Below are positions 27,878 through 36,456 of a stretch of DNA of 64,000 nt, one piece after another. Location of the stretch: NCBI GenBank assembly GCA_913063435.1, contig CAJXYI010000006.1:3147-67146 (forward strand). Direction: 5' to 3'. This stretch comes from an uncultured Actinomycetales bacterium. Lineage in GTDB: Bacteria; Actinomycetota; Actinomycetes; S36-B12. The notes under the pieces are model-generated. The model ran no database searches, was not told where the DNA came from, and saw nothing but the letters and a program-made list of their open reading frames with translations. Position 1 is the first letter of the stretch, and the number at the start of each line of letters is the position of its first letter. The position numbers and the translations under genes are program-made.

Positions 27878-28381
27878 TCAGGTCAGGGGGAGGGCGGCGA
27901 TGCGGCGTACCAGGTACGGCGAGAACCAGCCGGCATAGCGCTCCTGCAACACCGGGCTGCGCCAATCCGATCCGGTCACGATCTCGCGACAGGTCGCCGC
28001 CCCGCAAAGACAGGTGAATTCGTCGTAGTCGCTGGCATCGCACATCGCATAGTCGAAGCTCAGTTCCTCACCCGGTTCGATATCTCGCATGGCGACCAGC
28101 AACTGCGATCCCAGCAGCCCGCAGTTGGGTTCGCAGGAGTGGTTGAGCATGTCCCCGGCCTCAGGCGTGGGAGCCGAGACGAGGAACAGGTCGGCATCGA
28201 TCTGGATCGATCGGCTTTGGCGATCATGCGGCAACTCAGCCAGGCTCGCCCCCGTCATCACCCAGCCACCGAAACAGGCCACGGTCTCACCCGCAGCGAT
28301 CGGCTCGACGACGAACGAACCCCAGCCCTTGGCCCCGGCCGGACGCGCCTGCGCCTTCGGGGTCAGCCAGTTGTAGTCCAA
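27878..28381 (-). CDS. SET-domain protein (putative lysine methyltransferase)
   Basis: 167 aa with the SET motifs NHSCEPN and ELSFDY and a post-SET CLCGAATC cluster. TTG start preceded by GGAGAGGA at 7-nt spacing. Confidence 0.8.
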   Translation of the reverse strand: MDYNWLTPKAQARPAGAKGWGSFVVEPIAAGETVACFGGWVMTGASLAELPHDRQSRSIQIDADLFLVSAPTPEAGDMLNHSCEPNCGLLGSQLLVAMRDIEPGEELSFDYAMCDASDYDEFTCLCGAATCREIVTGSDWRSPVLQERYAGWFSPYLVRRIAALPLT

Positions 28382-28406
28382 CGCGGGTCCTCTCCGTGGG
28401 GAAGTA

Positions 28407-28422
28407 ACCGGTCAGGACCGGT
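28407..28422. promoter_or_regulatory. perfect 7-2-7 palindrome in the SET/bpa divergent promoter region
   Basis: ACCGGTC-AG-GACCGGT, located 26 nt upstream of the SET gene's TTG start and 80 nt upstream of bpa. Confidence 0.35.
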
Positions 28423-28501
28423 CATGAGACAAAGCAGCCTGAGATTGTGCCATGCCCGGGTGAACACGCCTACGGTCCGGGTGTTCTCAGAAGGTGACAC
28501 C

Positions 28502-29113
28502 ATGGAGGGCATGAGTGATCAGCCGTCATCGACCGATCCCGCCACGAACCCCTCGCAAACCCCGACCGTGATCGGGCCCGATGGCCAACCCGTGACCGCG
28601 ATCGTCGCAATGCCGACTCAGGGTGAGGATGGGGCCGGTGACGGGCAGGCCATCACCGATCTGGTGTCCCAGCCGGCGAAGGTGATGCGCATCGGATCGA
28701 TGATCAAGCAACTGCTCGACGAGGTGAAGTCCGCACCCCTCGACGAGGCCGCCCGTGCCCGGCTGCGCGATATCCACGCCCGCTCGTTGAGTGAACTCGA
28801 GGACGGTCTGGCACCCGAACTCGTCGACGAATTGCAGCGCCTATCCCTGCCCCTGACCGATGACGTGGCACCGAGCGAGGCCGAACTCAGGATCGCGCAG
28901 GCCCAACTCGTCGGCTGGCTCGAAGGGTTGTTCCACGGCATCCAGACAGCGCTGTTCGCCCAGCAGATGGCTGCACGTGCTCAGTTCGAGGAGATGAGAC
29001 GACGAGCGGGTGCACCGCAGGGGATGCTCCCTCCGGGAGTCGTCCTGGCACCCGGTGAAGACGGTGGTGCTGACACATCGACCGATCGATCCAGTCACGG
29101 TCCCTACCTGTAG
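28502..29113 (+). CDS. bpa: bacterial proteasome activator Bpa/PafE (DUF2587)
   Basis: The track ORF was trimmed to the ATG at 28502. Long blocks match what I recall of M. tuberculosis Rv3780: [22 protein letters not shown] and [35 protein letters not shown]. The C-terminal tail is HGPYL, whereas Mtb has GQYL. Confidence 0.85.
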   Translation: MEGMSDQPSSTDPATNPSQTPTVIGPDGQPVTAIVAMPTQGEDGAGDGQAITDLVSQPAKVMRIGSMIKQLLDEVKSAPLDEAARARLRDIHARSLSELEDGLAPELVDELQRLSLPLTDDVAPSEAELRIAQAQLVGWLEGLFHGIQTALFAQQMAARAQFEEMRRRAGAPQGMLPPGVVLAPGEDGGADTSTDRSSHGPYL

Positions 29114-29151
29114 TCGCGGGTGCCGACCACCCAACGTCTAATCTTGGTCGC

Positions 29152-30468
29152 ATGATCGATCCTGCGCTGCTGCGCGAATCCCCCGACGTGCTGCGTGAAT
29201 CCCAGCGCCGACGCGGTGAAGATGTCGCCATCATCGACACCCTGATCGATCTCGATATTCGCCGCCGCGCGGCCCAGCAGGCCTTCGATGAGGTGCGCGC
29301 GGAGCAGAAGCAGTTGGGCAAGCGCATCGGGCCTTTGCAGGGTCGGGTCAAGAAGGACCCGACGGACATCGAGGCGAAAACCGAACTCGACGCATTGATG
29401 GCCGAAGCAGCCGGACTTGCCGATCGAGTCAAGGACTGTGATGCCGAAGCAACCCGGCTCGCAGCCGAACTCGATTCCACCTGGCTTGCGGTATCCAATG
29501 TCGTCGATGACCGCGCACCCGTCGGCGATGAAGCGAACTTCACCGTGCTCGACATCGTCGGCGAGCCAAGGGATTTCACCGCCGAGGGATTTCCGGCGCG
29601 CGACCACATCGAACTCGGCGAAATGCTCGGTGCGATCGATATCGAACGAGCAGCGAAGGTGTCGGGCTCCCGGTTCTATTTCCTCACCGGTGTGGGAGCA
29701 CTGCTGGAACTGGCCTTGCTCAACCTGGCGATCGCACGGGCGACAGCACATGGATTCACGCCCGTCGTTCCACCGGTTCTGGTGTCCCCGAATGCGATGG
29801 AGGGAACGGGTTTCCTCGGCCAAGCGGCAGAGAACGTCTATCGCATCGAATCCGATGACATGTATCTGGTCGGCACCGCTGAGGTGCCACTCGCCGCCAT
29901 GCACTCGGATGAGATTCTGCCCGCCGACTCGCTACCACTTCGATATGTCGGCTGGTCCTCGTGTTTTCGTCGCGAGGCCGGGACCTACGGCAAGGACACC
30001 CGCGGCATCATCCGCGTGCATCAGTTCGACAAGGTAGAGATGTTCGTGTTCACCACTCCCGAGGAAGCCGAGGCCGAACACCAGCGACTTCTGGCATGGG
30101 AGCGGCAGTTCATGGACGATCTCGAGATCCCCTATCGCGTCATCGATGTGGCCACGGGAGACCTCGGTGCGAGTGCGGCACGTAAGTTCGATATCGAGGC
30201 GTGGATTCCGACACAGGGTGCCTATCGCGAAGTGACGTCAACATCGAATACGACCCAATTCCAGGCGCGCAGACTGCGGGTGCGATTGCGTGACGACGAC
30301 GGCACTCGCCCCGTCGCAACACTCAATGGCACGCTGTGTGCGATGCCACGCATCATCGTCGCCCTGCTGGAGAACCATCAGCAGCCCGATGGTTCGGTCC
30401 GGGTTCCCGCTGCGCTGCAGCAATTCCTCGGTCGCGAGGTTCTGGTGCCCGCGAGGTCTTTCCAGTAG
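29152..30468 (+). CDS. serS: serine--tRNA ligase
   Basis: 438 aa with an N-terminal coiled-coil arm and class II core motifs ([14 protein letters not shown] region). Confidence 0.95.
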   Translation: MIDPALLRESPDVLRESQRRRGEDVAIIDTLIDLDIRRRAAQQAFDEVRAEQKQLGKRIGPLQGRVKKDPTDIEAKTELDALMAEAAGLADRVKDCDAEATRLAAELDSTWLAVSNVVDDRAPVGDEANFTVLDIVGEPRDFTAEGFPARDHIELGEMLGAIDIERAAKVSGSRFYFLTGVGALLELALLNLAIARATAHGFTPVVPPVLVSPNAMEGTGFLGQAAENVYRIESDDMYLVGTAEVPLAAMHSDEILPADSLPLRYVGWSSCFRREAGTYGKDTRGIIRVHQFDKVEMFVFTTPEEAEAEHQRLLAWERQFMDDLEIPYRVIDVATGDLGASAARKFDIEAWIPTQGAYREVTSTSNTTQFQARRLRVRLRDDDGTRPVATLNGTLCAMPRIIVALLENHQQPDGSVRVPAALQQFLGREVLVPARSFQ

Positions 30469-30470
30469 CG

Positions 30471-31424
30471 ATGGGCTGCAAACCGAGTCGGTCACGTCAG
30501 CGTTATCTGATTCCGATCTTCATCAGTGCCCTGGCACTTGCGGCCTGCACCGGTGGTTCTGCCACCGATCCCACCGAAGCCCCGACGTCTTCACCCACCG
30601 CGACCTCGGGGTCACCGACCGCCTCCGCACCGACATCGACACGCGGCCCGTCGCCGTCACCTGATCCGACGATCACCGTTGATCCCGTACCGGTCCTTCC
30701 CGGAACCGCACGCGGAAGGGTGATCTTCGTGCAACAGGCCGAGGATGCCTCGCTCGTCGCCGGGGGACGTCCGATCCGTCTGACCTTGACGCGCACCGCC
30801 AATATCGTTTCCTGGTTCTCAGCCCCGTCGCAGCGACGAGCCGGGCAGATGTCGACCGAGCAGATGCTGCTCACCCTGGGATGGCGTCCCGCCGAAGATG
30901 GCGCGACGGCACCTCTTCCCAAGCCACGACCGCAGGCGCTGCTGGCCTATGCCGGTGGGGCACTGCCTTTCACCATCCAGCGGGCGAACGTCCGTGCTGA
31001 CGGAACGCTCGTGCTCGATATCGCACCTATCGGACCGGCACCGGAAACAGTCGATTCATACGGACCGGTGAGCCTGAGTGTCGATGGTGTGCCCGGTGTT
31101 CGTGTGCAACGCGCTGAGATAACTGCGGGCTTGACCACCATCACCACGATCACCGGTCGAAATGCCCAGCAGGTCACCGTGCAGTTCGTCGACGACAACG
31201 GCAACACCGTCGAGTCGCGTTTCCTTGCCCCCGATCGCCCCGAGGTGCGGCTTGGTCCGATCACCGTCGAATCGGGGGCACGACTCGATGAGGTGGTCCT
31301 CACCCTGAGCGCTCCGACAAGCGACACCCGTGGAGTCGTCGCACTCACCGGCATCATCGACCTCGGTGGCACCCCCGTGCCGCTGGAGGCGACGATCGCC
31401 CGCTGGACCCTGCCGAAACGCTGA
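30471..31424 (+). CDS. lipoprotein of unknown function
   Basis: The track ORF was trimmed to the ATG at 30471, 3 nt after the serS stop. Signal peptide plus lipobox (LAACTG), a Pro/Ser/Thr-rich linker, then a beta-rich body. No family recognised. Confidence 0.6.
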   Translation: MGCKPSRSRQRYLIPIFISALALAACTGGSATDPTEAPTSSPTATSGSPTASAPTSTRGPSPSPDPTITVDPVPVLPGTARGRVIFVQQAEDASLVAGGRPIRLTLTRTANIVSWFSAPSQRRAGQMSTEQMLLTLGWRPAEDGATAPLPKPRPQALLAYAGGALPFTIQRANVRADGTLVLDIAPIGPAPETVDSYGPVSLSVDGVPGVRVQRAEITAGLTTITTITGRNAQQVTVQFVDDNGNTVESRFLAPDRPEVRLGPITVESGARLDEVVLTLSAPTSDTRGVVALTGIIDLGGTPVPLEATIARWTLPKR

Positions 31425-31448
31425 TCGGGCCCGTCACGCTCGACTCAC

Positions 31449-32822
31449 TCAGGCCGGCACCTGCGGTAGGTGAGACAGCGCCGTCGCGAACCGCTCATCG
31501 CTGAGTTCCTCATCCACCATCGACCCGGCGAGATAGGACTCGTAGGCGGCGAGATCGAAGTGACCGTGGCCGCACAGCGCGGTCAAAATCACCGTCTCCT
31601 CTCCTGTTTCCTTCGCCTGCTCGGCCAACCGGATCGCCTGGGCGATCGCGTGTGTCGGCTCGGGTGCGGGCACGATGCCTTCGGTACGTGCGAACTTCAC
31701 CGCACCGGCGAAGCACTCGGTCTGGGGAATCGCGACCGCATCGAGCAGACCGAGCTCGTAGATGTGCGAGATGAGCGGTGCCATGCCGTGGTAGCGCAAA
31801 CCACCGGCGTGGATGGGGTCGGGCACGAACTCATGCCCGAGGGTGTGCATCTTCATCAGCGGCGTCATTCCCGCGGTGTCACCGAAGTCATAGGCATAGG
31901 TGCCCCGGGTCAGCGACGGACACGATGCGGGCTCGACCGCAGTGATCTGCGGGTTGATCTTGCCGGCCAGCTTCTCGCGCAGGAACGGGAACGACAGCCC
32001 GGCGAAGTTCGATCCACCACCGGTGCAGCCCACGATGTGTGTCGGGGTGTCACCGGCCATCTGCAACTGCAGCAGTGCTTCCTCACCGATCACGGTCTGG
32101 TGCAGCAGTACGTGGTTGAGAACCGAACCGAGGGCGTAGCGCGTGTCGGGATTCATCGCCGCAACTTCAACGGCTTCGCTGATCGCGATGCCCAGCGATC
32201 CTGACCAGTTGTTCGGGTCCTGCGCCAACTGCCGACCGACCTCGGTGACATCCGATGGGGAGCGGTGGATCCTGCCACCGAACGTCTCGATCATCAATCG
32301 GCGGTAGGGCTTGGCGTCATAGGACGCACCGACCTGCCAGATCTCGCATTCCAAGTCGTAGAGCGCACAGGCGAAGGCCAACGCCGTGCCCCACTGACCA
32401 GCACCAGTCTCGGTGGTGAGTTTCTTCGTGCCTTCCTTGGCGTTGTAATAGGCCTGCGGCACGGACGTGTTCGGCTTGTGCGAACCGGCGGGGGAAACGC
32501 CTTCGTACTTGTAATAGATACGCGCTGGGGTGCCGAGCAGCTTCTCCAACCGGTGCGCGCGGAAGAGCGGTGATGGACGCCACTGGCGATACACATCGAG
32601 GACACCGCCGGGAATCTCGACATACCGATCGGTGGTGACCTCTTGCATGATGAGGTCCATCGGGAACAGCGGAGCCAGGTCGTCTGGTCCGACCGGATCC
32701 ATCCGACCCGGGTGCAGCGGCGGGGGCGGCGGCACGGGCAGATCGGCGACGAGGTTGTACCAGGTCGTGGGCATCTGATCCTCGTTGAGCACGTACTTGT
32801 GCTGGCGTACCGAGTCGTCCAT
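31449..32822 (-). CDS. TrpB2-type tryptophan synthase beta-like PLP enzyme
   Basis: The track ORF was trimmed to the ATG at 32822 (MDDSVRQHKYVLNEDQMPTTWYN, the TrpB2 N-terminus). PLP-lysine context GSHKPNT. No trpA or other trp genes are adjacent. Confidence 0.85.
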   Translation of the reverse strand: MDDSVRQHKYVLNEDQMPTTWYNLVADLPVPPPPPLHPGRMDPVGPDDLAPLFPMDLIMQEVTTDRYVEIPGGVLDVYRQWRPSPLFRAHRLEKLLGTPARIYYKYEGVSPAGSHKPNTSVPQAYYNAKEGTKKLTTETGAGQWGTALAFACALYDLECEIWQVGASYDAKPYRRLMIETFGGRIHRSPSDVTEVGRQLAQDPNNWSGSLGIAISEAVEVAAMNPDTRYALGSVLNHVLLHQTVIGEEALLQLQMAGDTPTHIVGCTGGGSNFAGLSFPFLREKLAGKINPQITAVEPASCPSLTRGTYAYDFGDTAGMTPLMKMHTLGHEFVPDPIHAGGLRYHGMAPLISHIYELGLLDAVAIPQTECFAGAVKFARTEGIVPAPEPTHAIAQAIRLAEQAKETGEETVILTALCGHGHFDLAAYESYLAGSMVDEELSDERFATALSHLPQVPA

Positions 32823-32942
32823 GGGTACTTCCCTCCTGCAGCGTCGCGTCCCCGTCGGTGCGTTCAACTTTCGATCGTGGGCGCCTGCGGCTGCCCACCA
32901 CGATGTGAGGCACTGACTGGACCGTAGACCCGGCCTGAGAAC

Positions 32943-33869
32943 ATGGCAACCGTGTCGGGTGAATCGAGTGAGATATTCGTTCCCGACGGTTTGGGCCTGA
33001 TCGCCACGGATCTCGATGGGACCCTCCTACTGCCTGATGGATCCGTGGGTGTGCGCACCCGCACCGCTTTGGATGCACTACGCGATAGCAGCTTGGATTT
33101 CGTGATCGTCACGGGCCGTCCGCCGCGCTGGATCTCGCCCGTCGTGGAGATGACCGGGCACCGCGGTATCGGGATCGGGGCGAATGGTGCGGTGATCATC
33201 GATCTTGCCGACGGGAATGTGACCGATGTGTTCGCACTTGACGCCGACACTGCTTTGGAAGCCGTCGATCGGATCCGTCGAACTCTGCCCGGGGCGGTGT
33301 TCGCGGTTGAGCGGGCGCGTCCGGGTGGGCGGCTGGCCCCGACCGGTGGTGCTGGCTACGACGCCTTGGATGCGACATTGGCCGACGCGACGGAGTTCGC
33401 ACTCGGCGATGGGTATCGCCCGCGTTGGCCGATTCCGGAGGGCACCCACATTGCGCCGATCGAGGAACTCGTCGCCGCCGGTGACGTGGTGAAGTTGCTG
33501 GTCCGGCCCGCCGATGATCATGGTTTCGATGCGGATGGCTTCTTATCGGCCGGGGATGCGGCCTTAGCCGGGTTGGTCGAGGTGACGCATTCGAATCCGG
33601 CTGATCGGCTGTTGGAGATCAGCGCACCGGGGGTGTCGAAGGCGAGCACCCTGGCTCGGGTTGCACGGAGCCACGGGGTGGACCACACCCGGGTGGTGAC
33701 GGCCGGCGATGCGCCGAATGACCTGCCGATGCTGGCGTGGTCGTCGACGTCGTATGCGGTGGCCAACGCTCATCCGCTGGTGCTGGCTACGGCGACCCAT
33801 CACCTGCCGTCGAATGAGCGGGAGGGTGTGGGTCAGCTCATCGAGGCGGCCCTAGCCGCCGAGACCTAA
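32943..33869 (+). CDS. Cof-type HAD-IIB family hydrolase
   Basis: HAD motif I LIATDLDGTLL and motif IV AGDAPNDLPM. Confidence 0.8.
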   Translation: MATVSGESSEIFVPDGLGLIATDLDGTLLLPDGSVGVRTRTALDALRDSSLDFVIVTGRPPRWISPVVEMTGHRGIGIGANGAVIIDLADGNVTDVFALDADTALEAVDRIRRTLPGAVFAVERARPGGRLAPTGGAGYDALDATLADATEFALGDGYRPRWPIPEGTHIAPIEELVAAGDVVKLLVRPADDHGFDADGFLSAGDAALAGLVEVTHSNPADRLLEISAPGVSKASTLARVARSHGVDHTRVVTAGDAPNDLPMLAWSSTSYAVANAHPLVLATATHHLPSNEREGVGQLIEAALAAET

Positions 33870-33903
33870 ACCCGAGGCGGCCCTAGCCGCCGAAACCTAA
33901 AGA
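33842..33903. repeat. 31-bp tandem duplication of the 3' end (including the stop codon) of the HAD hydrolase gene
   Basis: Unit 1 is CGAGGCGGCCCTAGCCGCCGAGACCTAAACC (33842..33872). Unit 2 is CGAGGCGGCCCTAGCCGCCGAAACCTAAAGA (33873..33903). The gene's TAA is at 33867..33869. Confidence 0.9.
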
Positions 33904-33915
33904 CGAAGCCGCCCG

Positions 33916-33974
33916 TCTGAGTTACCTGAATGGTCGCTAACTAGCCGAGTTAACGACCATTCAGGTAACTCAGA
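33916..33974. repeat. family-3 long hairpin/palindromic element
   Basis: TCTGAGTTACCTGAATGGTCGCTAAC-TAGCCGA-GTTAACGACCATTCAGGTAACTCAGA. It has ~26-nt arms with one mismatch and a 7-nt loop. Confidence 0.85.
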
Positions 33975-33980
33975 CGAATA

Positions 33981-34002
33981 GGGGTGGGGTTGGGGGGGAG
34001 GG
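33981..34002 (+). other. canonical G-quadruplex-forming motif
   Basis: GGGGTGGGGTTGGGGGGGAGGG has four G-runs of at least 3 with loops of 1, 2 and 1 nt. It lies on the sense strand upstream of the NlpC/P60 gene. Confidence 0.5.
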
Positions 34003-34151
34003 AAGGCGTGTTGTCCGGATAGCGGTGTGACATCTCCGGGACGGATTTGCGATCTGAGCGTTATCTCGTAGTGTCCTTTTCGTTATCTTCGCTGGGAAGG
34101 TAGCGCCCGGTGCACCGCGTCGGGGAAGGATGCGAGACCACCGGGAGCGCC

Positions 34152-34946
34152 ATGCAGCAGCGAAGCCTGACCCACTCACGTCACACCAGCACCATGAATC
34201 ACTCCCGTGACAGCGGACTAAGACCGACCTCCCGTCGAGCCCGACGCGCGCCCGCTCTGCGGCAGGGAACCAGCCACGGCGCCATACCGGTCACCCGGCC
34301 AAACATCTCGCTGATCACCACACTCATCTTCGGGCTGATCGCCGTGCTTCTCACCGGCGCCTCGAGTGCACCCGCCCAGGCCGTACCCGATGTCCAGCCT
34401 GCGGCACCACCTGCCCAGATCACCGCCTCCGCGGATTCGAGCGAGCGCGCCGAATCCCGATCGATCCGCAAGCGCGATGCGGCCCGAGCTGGCAAGGCCA
34501 CCGCGCGTGAGCGCCGCCATGCCCGTTCGGCGATCCGCCAGAGCGTCGCCGATCTGGCGCTGCGGCAGGAGGGCAAGGCCTATGCCGCTGGCGGCGAGGG
34601 GCCCAATGCCTTCGACTGCTCCGGTTTCACCCTGTTCGCCTGGCAGTCAGCCGGCGTGCAATTGACCCATTACTCCGCCGGGCAGTACCAGCAGGTCAAG
34701 AAGATCCCTGCCGAGGCGGCGATGCCCGGCGACCTGGTGTTCTATCTCAGCCGTGGCGCGCGCCACGTCGGCATGTACATCGGGGATGGGCAGATCGTGC
34801 ACGCCTCCGACTATGGCGTCGGAGTGATCGTGTCCCCTGTTCGCGGCACCCCGTGGACCAACGCGCACTTCACCGGGTTCGGTCGGGTCACCATTCCCGA
34901 TGCGCAGGTGCGCAAGGCCGTGAAGGAACGTCGCCAGCGCCGCTGA
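34152..34946 (+). CDS. secreted NlpC/P60 (C40) cell-wall peptidase
   Basis: Catalytic Cys context FDCSGFTLFAW and His context HVGMYIGDGQIVHA. Signal peptide ...LLTGASSAPAQA. The start is uncertain: the ATG at 34152 has GGGAG upstream, and alternatives are 34110 or 34194. Confidence 0.85.
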   Translation: MQQRSLTHSRHTSTMNHSRDSGLRPTSRRARRAPALRQGTSHGAIPVTRPNISLITTLIFGLIAVLLTGASSAPAQAVPDVQPAAPPAQITASADSSERAESRSIRKRDAARAGKATARERRHARSAIRQSVADLALRQEGKAYAAGGEGPNAFDCSGFTLFAWQSAGVQLTHYSAGQYQQVKKIPAEAAMPGDLVFYLSRGARHVGMYIGDGQIVHASDYGVGVIVSPVRGTPWTNAHFTGFGRVTIPDAQVRKAVKERRQRR

Positions 34947-34967
34947 TCGACGATCCTCGTTCGGATT

Positions 34968-35897
34968 TCAGCCGATTTCGCCGGATCGGACACCGCGCAG
35001 CCACTCGTCGGCATCGGTGAAGTCGCTATCCGAAACTCCCTTGCGGATGAGCGGCTGGCGGCCATCGTGTCGGGGATAGGAACCGAGGAAGCGCACGTGG
35101 GCGCAGATTCGGTGCAGGCCCTTCAGTGCTTCACCGACTCTTTCGTCATCGACATGGCCTTCACAGTCGATGGAGAAGAAGTAGTCGCCCATCGCCCGAC
35201 GGGTCGGTCGCGACTCGATGCGGGTCATGTTGATGCCGCGAACGGACAATTCCGTCAAGATCTCCAAGAGAGCCCCGGGATGATCGGCATGCATGAACAG
35301 CACGAGGGTGGTCTTATCGGCACCGGTGCGGTCCGGCAATGGGCCCGGCTGCTCGACGACGATGAATCGTGTTGTCGCATCGTCGTTATCGGCGATGCCA
35401 TCGGCGAGGATGTCCAACCCGTATTGCTCCGCGGCTATTCGCTGGGCGATGGCCGCATCGTAGGTCGCTCCTTCGGTCAATGCTTGAGCGGCACCAGCGG
35501 TTGACATCGCGGGAATCACGACGGATCCCGGGAGGTTCTCAGCGAGCCAGCCTCGACACTGCGCTTGTGCGTGGGGGTGGGTTGCGACCACACGCACATC
35601 CGAGATCGAGGTTCCCGGTCGGACGAGTAACGCGAACTGCACCGGGATGGACACTTCAGCAGTGATCACCAGGGGCGAACCGGTCGCCAACTCGTCGAGG
35701 GTCGTCGCGACTGAACCTTCAACGGAATTCTCGATGGGCACGAGCGCACCTCGGACCTCACCGGAGCGGACCAGATCCAGTGCAACCGTTACCGAGGGTG
35801 CAGGCTGGCCATCCGTATCCGGCATTCCCAGAACGCGCCAGGCAGCTTCGGCGAATGTTCCGCGCGGTCCGAGGAACGCGTAGGTGCGCGCGGTCAT
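34968..35897 (-). CDS. pheA: prephenate dehydratase
   Basis: PDT domain plus a C-terminal ACT domain with the ESRP motif (NMTRIESRP). Confidence 0.9.
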   Translation of the reverse strand: MTARTYAFLGPRGTFAEAAWRVLGMPDTDGQPAPSVTVALDLVRSGEVRGALVPIENSVEGSVATTLDELATGSPLVITAEVSIPVQFALLVRPGTSISDVRVVATHPHAQAQCRGWLAENLPGSVVIPAMSTAGAAQALTEGATYDAAIAQRIAAEQYGLDILADGIADNDDATTRFIVVEQPGPLPDRTGADKTTLVLFMHADHPGALLEILTELSVRGINMTRIESRPTRRAMGDYFFSIDCEGHVDDERVGEALKGLHRICAHVRFLGSYPRHDGRQPLIRKGVSDSDFTDADEWLRGVRSGEIG

Positions 35898-36385
35898 GGC
35901 AGGCTCCGCAGAATCTCGTCTAACGCCTGCTGTTCCTCCGGTGACAGCAGTACCTCGGCTTCACCGCGCCGTATCCCCTTGATGTAGGTGCGTGATTCCG
36001 CACGGGCATGGATCGTCGTCAATACGACTCCATCCCCGAGGTCATCGGTGAGCGCCACGGAGAAGGACATGCGCCCACCCATATCACCAAATGCGTCATA
36101 ACGGACAACGGACACGTGGCGCAGCGCTTGCGACAGATCATGTCGAGTTCGCTGCAACTGCGCAGTCAATTCCGCGACCTCCGACCGAAGGACCTCCACC
36201 TCGTCGGCCTTACGTGCAACGACCTCGACGAAAGACTCCGGCCCGTCGCCTCCCTGGAGCACCGAGTAATCCCGGCGCATCCGCGCCGTCCGGTTCGCGA
36301 GCAACACGATGAGCACGAGGGCGACACCAGCGGCGACGGCAGCGATGATGGCCACCAGCGATGTGCTGGACGCATCCAAGGTCAT
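35894..36385 (-). CDS. DUF4446 family membrane-anchored protein
   Basis: 163 aa with an N-terminal TM helix, a coiled-coil segment and the conserved VVRYDAFGDMGGRMSFSVAL block. ATGA overlap with pheA. Confidence 0.7.
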   Translation of the reverse strand: MTLDASSTSLVAIIAAVAAGVALVLIVLLANRTARMRRDYSVLQGGDGPESFVEVVARKADEVEVLRSEVAELTAQLQRTRHDLSQALRHVSVVRYDAFGDMGGRMSFSVALTDDLGDGVVLTTIHARAESRTYIKGIRRGEAEVLLSPEEQQALDEILRSLP

Positions 36386-36456
36386 GGGTAGGCAGCCTAG
36401 TCCGATTCACCCGAGCATCCGGCTACGCCTACTACTGTGGTGCCGTGCCACTCGCC

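Noticed and set aside
32823-32942. Hairpin (CGTGGTGGGC...GCGCCCACG) upstream of the TrpB2 gene, considered as a Trp attenuator or T-box.
   Set aside because: There is no leader peptide with Trp codons, no T-box specifier or antiterminator features, and no U-tract. It is probably just a GC-rich stem in a divergent promoter region.
33842-33903. Tandem direct repeats at 33842..33903 and 59151..59232 considered as a CRISPR array or minisatellite.
   Set aside because: There are only two or so contiguous copies with no spacers. The repeats are copies of gene 3' ends. No cas genes are present.
34010-34193. Possible cyclic-di-AMP (ydaO-type) riboswitch in the leader of the NlpC/P60 gene.
   Set aside because: Actinobacterial NlpC/P60 and rpf genes are often preceded by this riboswitch, so I looked for it. 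I found only weak resemblances (UCGGGGAAGGA, CGAAGCCUGAC...CUCACGU). The GGGGUGAAUC-like element and the ACCUCG...GCG 3' core were not found, and the best start codon (34152) would lie inside it. A cmsearch with Rfam RF00379 over 33975..34200 would settle it. A hit above the gathering threshold would overturn this rejection.
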